Shown here one piece after another: positions 53,853 through 64,000 of a DNA stretch of 64,000 nucleotides. The DNA is taken from NCBI RefSeq assembly GCF_006345805.1, contig NC_042997.1, positions 152,706,001-152,770,000 of the forward strand, read 5' to 3'. The notes beneath the pieces were generated by a model. It was given only the letters and a program-made list of their open reading frames with translations. It made no database searches and had not been told where the DNA came from. The DNA comes from Octopus sinensis. Lineage: Eukaryota. The position numbers and the translations under genes are program-made. Position 1 is the stretch's first letter. The number at the start of each line of letters is the position of its first letter.

Positions 53853-53890
53853 CAGTACCGGTTTCGGTCATTTTGAGACCTTTTCAACTG
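53853..53890 (-). ncRNA. Minimal hammerhead-ribozyme-like motif (variant core)
   Basis: CAG-TTGAAAA-GGTC-TCAAAAT-GACC-GAAAC-CG-GTA-CTG. Confidence 0.45.
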
Positions 53891-53940
53891 TAACGATTAA
53901 ATAATTATTTAGAAAAATTAGAAGAAAGGTTTTTTTAAAG

Positions 53941-53942
<2 letters not shown>

Positions 53943-54033
<91 letters not shown>

Positions 54034-54037
54034 ATAT
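53943..54037 (+). repeat. (TA)n microsatellite
   Basis: Direct reading. Confidence 0.95.
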
Positions 54038-54164
54038 AAGATTTTATAGTTTGCTTGAAGCATTGTGTATGTGTGTTGAAAGATTTAAAAGGCCGAACAA
54101 TGCAATAGGTTTAAAGATGAGGTAACGTAACCTAAAAATGAGTTATCTGGTAATCTTTGGTCTT

Positions 54165-54218
54165 ATATGTATCCACTATTTCGGGACATACAAGTCCCTT
54201 CTTCAGGGTTAAATAGGA
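54165..54218 (-). ncRNA. Hammerhead-ribozyme-like motif in a Penelope pLTR-like repeat (about 54040-54370)
   Basis: CTGAAGA-A-GGGAC-TTGTAT-GTCCC-GAAA; the neighbouring GCTTGAAGCATTGTGTAT also occurs at about 16630. Confidence 0.55.
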
Positions 54219-54395
54219 ACTGTCTTTGGTAAGATGATTTTTGTCGGAGATAAAATAATTCTATGATTATATTTGAATTTTCTAGCGTTTCTCTTCTTCG
54301 TGAATGTTAGTGACGTCAACTATTGACTTATCGCTCCAGGTAACTTACTTTAAGTTTACGTCACGTCATCTTTATATATATATATCTATATCGAG

Positions 54396-54609
54396 ATGGC
54401 AGAAACGTTAGCACGCCGGGCGAAATGCGTAGCCGTATTTCGTCTGTCGTTACGTTCTCAGTTCAAATTCCGCCGAGGTCGGCTTTGCCTTTCCTTCTTT
54501 TCGGGGTCGATTAAGGACCATTTTCCAACTGGGGTCGATGTAATCGACTTAATCCCTTTGTCTGTCCTTGTTTGTCCCCTCTATGTTTAGGCCTTTGTGG
54601 GTAGTGAAG

Positions 54610-54614
<5 letters not shown>
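54396..54614 (+). mobile_element. Nin/Deu SINE with Tx1-like tail, flanked by (TA)n
   Basis: TGGCAGAAACGTTAGCACGCC..GTCCCCTCTATGTTTAG..GTGGGTAGTGAAGAAA. Confidence 0.88.
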
Positions 54615-54645
<31 letters not shown>

Positions 54646-56449
54646 GGCTAGCTCCCATACAGATTCATTCTCACGAGTTCCATTGATGACTAATTTCTCA
54701 GCTCATTTCTTTTGTAGAAGTATTTTACTCAACTACCAAGGAGGATAGAACCCGGAATCAGAGGATTTCGAAATGAACCTCTTAATCACACACCCATTGC
54801 ACGATGCAACTTCTGTTCCTATTTACACCAACATGACATTAATATATCATCATTCATTTAGAAAGTTCCGAAGATGACAGATCTATATTTAATTTCGTAA
54901 ACTTCTGTCTTCACTCTTGCGTGAGAACAATTCACTTAAGGATCTGTGGTTTTATAATTCTTACGTCCTTCACAATAACGGTAGTTTAACATGTGATATT
55001 TTACTCACTCTGATTTAATATATCAAGATGGAATACACAACACAAAAGTGTTCCAAAAGAGTTCAAGATATTGACAAGTGTGAAAAATATTCAGTTTAAT
55101 TTGGCAGCGCCTTTGCAATGAAAATCTAAAGAAATTAATCTTTCGGCTTTTCATTAATATTTCAAAATGTTATTGATTCTGGTCGCAAGGCAACGGAAGG
55201 TAGAACTGGCAAAACAGTAGATAAAATTCCTTGTAATATATAGTTACGTCATCTGCGTTCTGCGTTCAAATCCATACAGAAAACATAAATAACTCCCAGG
55301 AATTACAAAATCGACTTCAAAGACTATTCTTCTCCGTCTGCAGAAAACGTGCGCAAAATCTGTGTTTGTGTATCTATGTTGTTAATCATTATTACGCTGA
55401 TACAAGCAACGGAAAGAATTGCTTCAGTGGGGGAAATATCAAGAAATAAGAGAAAGAAAAGCTTGATAGAAAACAAAACGAAAAATGAACAAACGAATGC
55501 AAAGAAAAACATCTATTTGTAAATAAGGTATTTCGCAAGACACACAAATCTAAGGAGCTTCAGCGATAAATCATGATTTATTGATTCCGATAAGAACTTG
55601 ATGAATATTAAGTTCTATCAAAGAGTAAAGATAAGTATTATGTAAGGTAATGAATGATGCGTGATTGGATGAGAAGAATTAGCAATGATCTTCATAATCA
55701 AATCAGCAAACATAAGAAAACTACATTATGGTAAATAATTACTAACTCGATCCTCCGATTTTAGTTGCTGTATATCATATATGAGTGGTTACATTTGCGT
55801 ATGTCTATACAGTACTCTATTGGCCAGCCATTTGGCTTGGTTGTTTTTTCTTGTTCTTTTTTTTAATATGGGAAGCTGTCTCTAATCCACATATTTTTAA
55901 TTAAAAGCGTTTTTTTCTGATTATTTTTCATGTTCTTCATACTTAGAAGAAAAAATTAAACGCGCTATACAGTTTTCTCCTTTTGGAATGGTAATTTATT
56001 TTGTATGTGAGACCAGAGGCTAGAGAAAATGAATATTTTCTTCGAAGTGGGCTCGGAATGAAAGTTGGTTTCAATGGCTTTAGGATATATTTTTAGATGC
56101 CAAGCACGAAGGCTTTATTATTACAATGCTGTTCTTTATGTGAGAAATGAACATTGAATTTGAGATACAATAATGTAAAAATTCTACTACTAGCTTTCTT
56201 GAGGGCAAATATAGTTGCTTGACGGTTATCTCGTACGGAAGACATCTCGCAGTTTCCAGGGGACTAAATGAATACCAGAGAAAGATATCCCCGGTTTAAT
56301 GATTTTCCTTTGGAGATCAAAGCAAATTGAACAATTATACTACAGGGCGAAAAGCTAATTATAGTGCAGGCGTGAAAAGTTAATTTTTAAGGTAGAATAC
56401 ACATTGATTATGATCAATTGAAGGCATCAATAAGCTCCAAATATAGGTT

Positions 56450-58620
56450 GCTTTTACAGTAGCTAACATTTGACACTGAACTCTGTTTAAGGAAAATATG
56501 GTATGAAATCAAGTGTGTGGGACCTGCCCATAGGTTCGGACACATCTGAGTTATTTTCCACTCGAAGATCATAAGCGAGAAGCTTGTACCACAAAGTTAA
56601 CTGAGGCGGGGAGTGACCTGAGTGAAAATGTCAATAATACCACCAGCATTAGCCTTCTGGAAGAGGTGGAATGTGGGGTTTCGGAAGACTCTTACACATT
56701 ACTAAAAATGAAAGATCCTGAAAAGTGAGTTGGATTGTGATAGGGTTGAAAATAATGATTCAGGTGAAACCTGAGACACTGCACAATTTTCCCGACTTCG
56801 CAGAGATCTCAGGAAGGCAACAACAGCAGGTGGTAGTGAAAGACAGAAGGTCTCGATGCCATAATTGTGGAAACACTAATCAGTTCAATAATTTCTGCCC
56901 CCGACAACAACACAAAATAACAGCCAATAGAAAGTCTATATTGCTGTCAACACCACATTTCATCACTAACTACCACAACATAAACAATAGCAGCAACTGC
57001 AACCAGTGCAATCACAGCAACGATGATTGAAACTCCTGATAAATAATTGAAGGCAGAACCGAGACAAACAACAACAATAATACCAAGAGGGGAAAAAACC
57101 GCGAAAAAATAGAAAAAAAAGGAAATTGTATCATCAGTAGTTACCACACAACAACAGTAACTGAGAACTCCGAAACCACAGCAACAATATAATTAGTAAT
57201 GACCCTCGGGACATGTTCCTTCTTGTCTCACATCAGTCATATATTTTGTGTGAAGGTGACGGTGAATAGCCTAAATTACATAAATTGTCCAATGCAAAAG
57301 AAAAGTAAAGCAAAAACACACCAACACAAAATCTGATAGATACAACAGGTGGGAGATATGCTTATATATACGAGCAGTATACACACGAGTACGCCATTAT
57401 CCTCTCCACTGCTACCACTGTCACATACACCGTCATTATAGCATAAACGCAACTTACTTCATACACAACAGCCAGATCCCGCACGCCAGCATGAACAAAA
57501 GAATAATCACACAATTCTAACTAAGCATATGTCATGTAGAATATCCAAAGTTGGGGAAAATGTAAGCAAATGATTATATAAAAATGTAGAAACACCCACA
57601 GCCAGCTGGAGGTGGGGATTAAGGAAAGGTACTCTTTTTAATGTTTATCCGTCTGATTAATGGCTTTTCTTAGAATAAACAGTATAAATGTGTGGAGCCT
57701 GTGGATCACCATGGAGGTGAGGTCACCAGCTCGACAAAGTCAGTTCATGAGCCATGTTTGATCACGCCTATTTTTCAGAGGATAAGATGTGTACACATAT
57801 CTAAGTCGACCTGCATTAGGAAAGTGGAATTGCTGTCGTGACTTAGATGGTCTGGATTTCACGATGTCGATTATGTTCTTTAACCAGAAGGTAATTGATG
57901 ATTATGGATGTGAAAAGTAGCGAAGAGGGTGCCTTTAGACTAGTAGCCATTTAGGTTCTGACAGGAGTAGAACAGTCGGATTTCTGCATATGTTAGGAAG
58001 TTTTCCTTGGAACATCCCGTTGTTTAATGCGAGTGGACGACTTGAACACCTTTTTAGATGCACATTTGGATTGTTTGGATTTGCTGATAGAAGAATGCGG
58101 CTCAGCAAATCTTGTCAGACGTCTCCAACTGTCTGACAGGTACCGACTGATTTCTCGAATGTGCTACTGTGTACATAGACACATTGTATCAGCTCTGCCA
58201 GACCGTATCTAGACAGAGTATTCTGCAGGACAGTTGCTAAAGGTAACTTAGGATTCCCACATCTAAAAACTGTTGGTTATAGATACCAAAAGTCGATCAA
58301 GATAGCCATCGTATGCAGGAACCAGGTGACTAGAAATTGAACACTTTGCCCCACGTCATATCAGTTTTAGTGAGACCGGCTTAGCGAATTACTAAAGTGG
58401 TGTTTATGAGGGCAATCGTAAACAACAAATTGTGGATCCCCTTGAAAATGCAACTTTGTATTCATAAGGCTTAGTAAGTTCGTAACGATAGAGAAATTAG
58501 GATGGAGAAAGCACTAAGAGATGCTTAGAAAGGGCATCGCAACTGTCCTGTCGTTAGCGAGATTGGCCCACAACCAATTCTTTAATGTAAAGCACAAAAA
58601 CAACACTGTTAGAACTAAGA
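56450..58620 (+). mobile_element. Degraded L1/Tx1-like LINE: ORF1 zinc knuckle and ORF2 AP-endonuclease relic
   Basis: VVVKDRRSRCHNCGNTNQFNNFCP (CCHC-like); then SINVWSL, FRLVAI, VDDLNTFLD (GDFN-like), DRI, *KLNT. Confidence 0.6.
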
Positions 58621-59169
58621 AGCGTGCCCTAAGACTCGAAAGACGAAGTTGTTTGATGGACCATACTGGAACGGGTACAACATAGTAAGAAAGCCAGTGT
58701 TATGGTTGGCAGACCTAATACTTACATCCTTACTACGCATATTGGTCGACCCAAAACATATGTGTAAAATTTTTTAGTAACAATCATTCTGTCGTCTGTT
58801 TGTAATGAATGGCGGACAGGAACAGCCACAACAGAAATAACAAGACCGTCACCACTTCAGTCAAGCAAACAAATTAAACAACTCCAATACAAAATACCCA
58901 GCTCCGTACTCATTAGAAGGGGCGAGGAACTGATGGATCTCGTAACACAAAACATTGAATTCGGAACAGGAGAGATAATCGACTTGAGCACATTTCGCGA
59001 ATGTAACTTACTTTTGGTGCGAATGTCGCTCGAACCCTACACAGAAATTCGAGAGAGCTTTCCGGAGGACGTGGAAACCCCGAATGTGAGACCCACGTCG
59101 AGAGCATGAGTTCCCCAAAAAACCTCACCAATTATGTAAGTCGAATCACCCGACCATCACAAGACACCA

Positions 59170-59345
59170 GGAGGTAAGTCATCAACAACAGGTGGTGGGT
59201 GGCTCTCAAAAGAGAGTTTAGAGTAATATCGAGAGGGTTTAGCAAACAAATAGCGTTAGAAAAACATAGAAAGGAGGAGGAGGGTTTAGTAGCTAAATTA
59301 GGCGAGGTTATTTGTAATCGCATTTTAACCGACGTGCTAGTAAAA
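59170..59345 (+). mobile_element. L1/Tx1-like ORF2 linker fragment
   Basis: INNRWWVALKREFRVISRGFSKQIALEK; collinear with the relic at about 58415-58520. Confidence 0.5.
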
Positions 59346-59402
59346 GTCGGTGGGCTTCCAACTTGGTACCTGGAGAGACAAGTCCATGCCGTCCAACAGC
59401 GT

Positions 59403-59503
59403 TGGTAAATTAAGTACTAGTTGAGTACTGGGTCGATGTAATCGACTTGCCCCTTACCCTAAAATTTCAGGCATTGTGCTTATAGTAGAAAGGATTATTA
59501 TTA
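59403..59503 (+). mobile_element. 3' half of a Nin/Deu SINE (tail B)
   Basis: TAAATTAAGTACTAG..GTCGATGTAATCGAC..TAGTAGAAAGGATTATT. Confidence 0.7.
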
Positions 59504-59575
59504 CTATTATTATTGCTATCATCATCATCATCATAATTGGTTGTTGCAGCAGTAGTGGTGGTGGTGTTGGCGTTG

Positions 59576-59617
<42 letters not shown>

Positions 59618-60549
59618 TGGATTTCAATGTTTAAAAATAGTTTACTTTTAACGACTTATACACGGAAACTATAAAGTATTTGCTTTTGCCATAAATATTC
59701 CTTGATACAAGAAAAACAGAAAGGAAACTTAGATAAGTTTATTATAATCGAGTTCTCCCTAAGAGTATCAACATAAAATCGCTATGAATTGAGAATACAC
59801 TTTTTTTTCTTTTCTAGTTCGTTCTCTATTATCCTTAATGCTAAATGTAACAACAATAACGAAAAAGAAACAAAGATATTTATTATTCGTGACGTAAAAG
59901 GATGCAAAGGACAATTAATTAATTTTATTCCATTTTTTTTTGTAAGCTTAATAACAGAGAATATACAGAAAACAAATGATAACCAAATGCACAAAGAAAT
60001 AAAAACCGCCATATTTATTTTAAAGCTTTATTCAATCTAAAGATTTTCCCGAAATCATGGAAGAGGTCTACTCAGCATTTTCTTAGATGAAGTCTTCTTT
60101 GTTTCTTTTATAGACAATCTTGCCTTGAATATGATAAAAATCTAAATCAATATGTCTGAGATGAATTGTGTATCATTATTTTTTATCTGTTGTATATGTA
60201 ATTTTTTTTATTCTTCGTTGTGGGTGTATTTTTCATATAAGAGGAAATGATATTTTCTTTAGATAATATTGTCTTAATGTTTATTCATTTAAAGAACAAT
60301 TGGTACTTGTGGGTATTTATTTTATAGTTTTTTGTGATTATGTAAGATTTTGTAGTAGAGCGTAAAAAATATATAACTAAATATTCGTTTCGATCTATAA
60401 TAAAAGAAAGAAAAAAATTATAACCCAGAAAATATTTATATTCACAAAAAAATGTTTTGTGTTTTGGTAGTAATTGATTCATTTTAATGGAATGGTGCGA
60501 GGAAACAGTTATTTTAATTCATGGGTGTAACCAACTTAAACGAACATAT

Positions 60550-62600
60550 TATACACAGTGTGCTCAATTCAATACTAGCGTGCAACATAGACATGAATGT
60601 AATTTTATCCAGTGTGGCTATATTAGCAATTTATAATCATTTGATATAGAAGTACAATACGTCAGCTGCAGTGAGTTTGTGTGACATTTATTGTTTTCGT
60701 TTTTGTGACATAGATTTGGCAGAATAAGAGTGGTGTCAACAAAATAGCAGGCAATTTCGGAATGGTTTACAATAAGATTATATCAGCATCACAGCGATCC
60801 AAATCTAATATTTAGATATCTATTACTAAATGCGATCCAAAAAGAGATTGATTAAATTTTGTTCGGTAAAAGACAGTCTCGGTAGATAGTAAGATTAAAG
60901 TCCATTCTTCTAAAATACATCATAGCACAGATGACGTCATACAATACCTGTTCCTATTTGGTCCGGTCATCATTGATTGCTCAGATCAGTGATTAAATGC
61001 ATTTAAGTCGGGAACATCTAGTCCATTTTTACCAGAAATAAATGTACATGTAAAACTATACATTGCAATGTATTTGTTAAAATTGTAACGAGAAGGTTGT
61101 GATTGAGGGAGTTATATTTGCTATTTCTTGAAGACAGAGCGATTGCGTTGAAAATATCTTATTAACTGGCAAAGGTGGTTTTTTAGAATCTTTGACTGAT
61201 TAATGAACTAATTAATTTATTGTTTTCTTTTCCTGTAATGTCAACTTCCATCTAAAGAAAGAGAGGCTGGTCATTTGGTATTATGACTTAACGCTTCTCT
61301 GAAGCATTACATTTATGAGCTAATACCTTGAATTCTCTCAATATAAATCAGGTTTAATATTACCACACTGCACTTCTTCGAACAATTCAAGGTCGTATAG
61401 ACACTCATCATTAAGAACAGTCGACTCCAAACCATCGGTCTTTCTCTTGTATTAACCAGTATGAACGGCTTTCAGAAATTCGGACCTGCTGGCAACCTAT
61501 TTTTCTATCAGACACACTAGTAGAGCATCGCTTCCCGAAAACTTGATTAAAACACTGTCAACCATCAAAGTTTGCGGCCGTGCCTCGCAAGCAAATTTCC
61601 AGCTAAAACAGCTCTTTTATTGGTTATACTATCTTCTCTTCTGAATTGATGGTTTCTTATGCGATTGCACCTTCCAGCTCATGCTGAAGTTCTAACTGAG
61701 CTACAGTCTTTCAAGTCTGGTGATTATCAAAATTCTAGTTCACCCTTAAACTGTCTTCTATGTACAAGCGACCTTTTTGCCTTAGAACGTCTACTAAATG
61801 AGAAGCCCGTTTATTCCATCTAAAAGGAGCTCTTAAATGTTCCTTATTAATTAGTTTCTTCAGCTTCCCTATTAATATTGACTTAATGTGCGTTAATAAT
61901 GATCTTGCTTCAAAATAGATTAACTTGTTATCTTATTTGAGAACACAGTTCTCTTTGAAACTTCATAATGACCCAAATTCTCCTACAGCTTCAGTGTCAT
62001 CAATTAATGCTGAGCTATTAAGATCTTTAACAAGCAAATGTCAATTATTTTCATTCAGAACCAATGAGACATATAACTCTGATGTCCCTGTCAGATTCAA
62101 TTTATGGGTCAAAAAGCTTTGATATTTCTATAAGTAATCCATCAAACTCACCTAGATTGAAATTCTGAAATTCTACGCCTTATTTTGATTCATTCAATGC
62201 AGAAGTTTTAAATATTACAGTTATCTGACTGTGAGTGTCAAAACAAATCTTAAAGTGAAGATTCTCGAGTTTAAATTGATTAACCATGTATTCTTAAGCA
62301 AATTTTGTAAATATTTTCAAAATGAGCATTTGCTAACTTTTCAATTCTTCCGCATCTTCAGCATCTTTGTATATTTACATTCCATCTGAAAGAGATTTAC
62401 TTTTTTAAGCACATTTTTCAATAGCGGGACATTTGGATGGTGCAAACGTCTATAACCCAACCAGTTTAGAACTATATGCACAAATGTTTCTATCTATATC
62501 TAACAGGTTGATATAATAACCACGATCATAGTTGCCACCTATTTATTCAATAATCGGAAATTTAGAATATTTTCCAGATACTGAATGGTAGCATTAAGCT
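60550..62600 (-). mobile_element. Possible very old DNA-transposon (DDE transposase) relic
   Basis: Minus-strand remnants ICAYSSK..KCPAIE and LLARHGRKL loosely resemble the FDICxC..C..KVP..E and LACRHHxxEL motifs; many stops. Confidence 0.3.
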
Positions 62601-62639
62601 TAGAAACAAATGACTGATGATAATCTAATGATTTTATGA

Positions 62640-62885
62640 AATGCTCAGGTGTATTTGTCTTTGTGCCCCATCATCGCTTAACAACCGGTGTTGGTTTGGT
62701 TATGTCCGCGTGACCTTGCAGTTCGGCAAAGCAGGCCGATAGAATAAATACCAAGCTTTACAAAGTTAGTACTGTAATGTGTGTGTGTGTGGGGGGGTTG
62801 TCAATTCGTTCCACTAAAATCCTTCAAGCCGGTGCCCCAGCATTATCGCAATCAAATGACTCAAACAAGTGAAAGATGAAAGATG
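62640..62885 (+). mobile_element. 3' part of a tRNA SINE (second family)
   Basis: CAACCGGTGTTGGT..GTTCGGCAAAG..CCGATAGAATAA..CCCCAGCAT..AATGACT. Confidence 0.7.
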
Positions 62886-63499
62886 TAAGATACATAGAAA
62901 TAATTATATGAGTAGACAGACTGCTACATAGATAAGTAGGGAGAGAAAGGTGAGTGCGTGTGCCTGTCTGTGTATGTGAGAGAGAGAGAGAGAGAGAGAG
63001 AGGGGAGGGAGAGTGATAGACCTTTATATACGAGGGCAATTATTCATTGAGTCCTTAAGAATTTTCCGACTGCACCTACTGTCAACAGTCATCGATGTCA
63101 TGATACTTGAAAAGTTTTTTCTAAAACCAGCGAACCATAAACATGAAACATCTAGAACAACATAACCGACCAATTCTCCAGAAATGTGCTTATACTAAAC
63201 GGGAAAACAATATTAATTAACAAACAAATAACTGGATGCCAGTTTCATCTAAGGAATAAACCATGAATGATTTTCACCCGCAGACAGAAACCTATGAGTC
63301 GAAGAAAATATGATTTGACACAGAAGTGTTTTGGAGATTGAATTCGAGAATAAAGAATAATTAATTAGTTATCCTGTTTTAAAGCCGAACACGAATGCTG
63401 GCTTCCTTTTACGTTTCTTCTTGTTTTTTTTTTCTTTAATGAAAATGATTAGTCAGCTAAACATGCACATGCACACGTAAAATCAGCTGCTCATACTAA

Positions 63500-63627
63500 C
63501 ACACAGATTCATACACACAAATAAACACACACATATGCACACGCACTCACTGATACACATATATATGTATGCGCGGGTATGTTTGTGTGTGTTTATACAT
63601 GCACATACGTATGTATGTCTGTATATG

Positions 63628-63661
<34 letters not shown>

Positions 63662-63694
63662 ATATATATAGATATATGTAATCATGCATGCATA

Positions 63695-63734
<40 letters not shown>

Positions 63735-63912
63735 ATATATATGTTTGTGTGCATATATATACGCGTGTATATATGTATATGTATATATATATGCATATAT
63801 ATACTATCCACTTATACATACATGAATATTTATATAGATATATACATACCCATACATATGCATGTGTGTATACACATAAACACATGTGTATATGTACATG
63901 TGTATATATATG

Positions 63913-63970
<58 letters not shown>

Positions 63971-63995
63971 TGGATCCTTTGTCATATATATACAC
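63500..63995 (+). repeat. Compound (CA)/(TA)/(TG) microsatellite region
   Basis: Direct reading. Confidence 0.9.
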
Positions 63996-64000
63996 TATAC

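Overview
AT-rich, microsatellite-dense eukaryotic DNA. The repeat landscape (Nin/Deu-core tRNA SINEs, (TA)n/(CA)n/(AAT)n tracts, many LINE relics) resembles an octopus/cephalopod genome, which is an inference. No host protein-coding exon, rRNA, true tRNA or CRISPR array can be supported. The only long ORF (42908-46228, minus) belongs to a nearly full-length R4/Dong-clade non-LTR retrotransposon (RT + CCHC + restriction-like endonuclease) with a (TAA)n tail, inactivated by two lesions near its N-terminus. The rest is layered mobile DNA: several more R4/Dong-type fragments in (AAT)n tracts, L1/Tx1, CR1-like and RTE relics, Penelope-like (GIY-YIG) relics, Tc1/mariner relics, a fold-back MITE with telomeric repeats and many SINEs. 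Three observations stand out. (1) A SINE subfamily shares its 3' tail with a Tx1-like LINE and forms head-[unit]n composites with one fixed junction, suggesting site-specific self-insertion. (2) There are at least seven minimal hammerhead-ribozyme-like motifs, several in inverted Penelope-type terminal repeats. (3) R4/Dong copies are stacked in (AAT)n tracts, including two copies identical over 136 bp. All family assignments come from motif recognition by eye, and boundaries are approximate.
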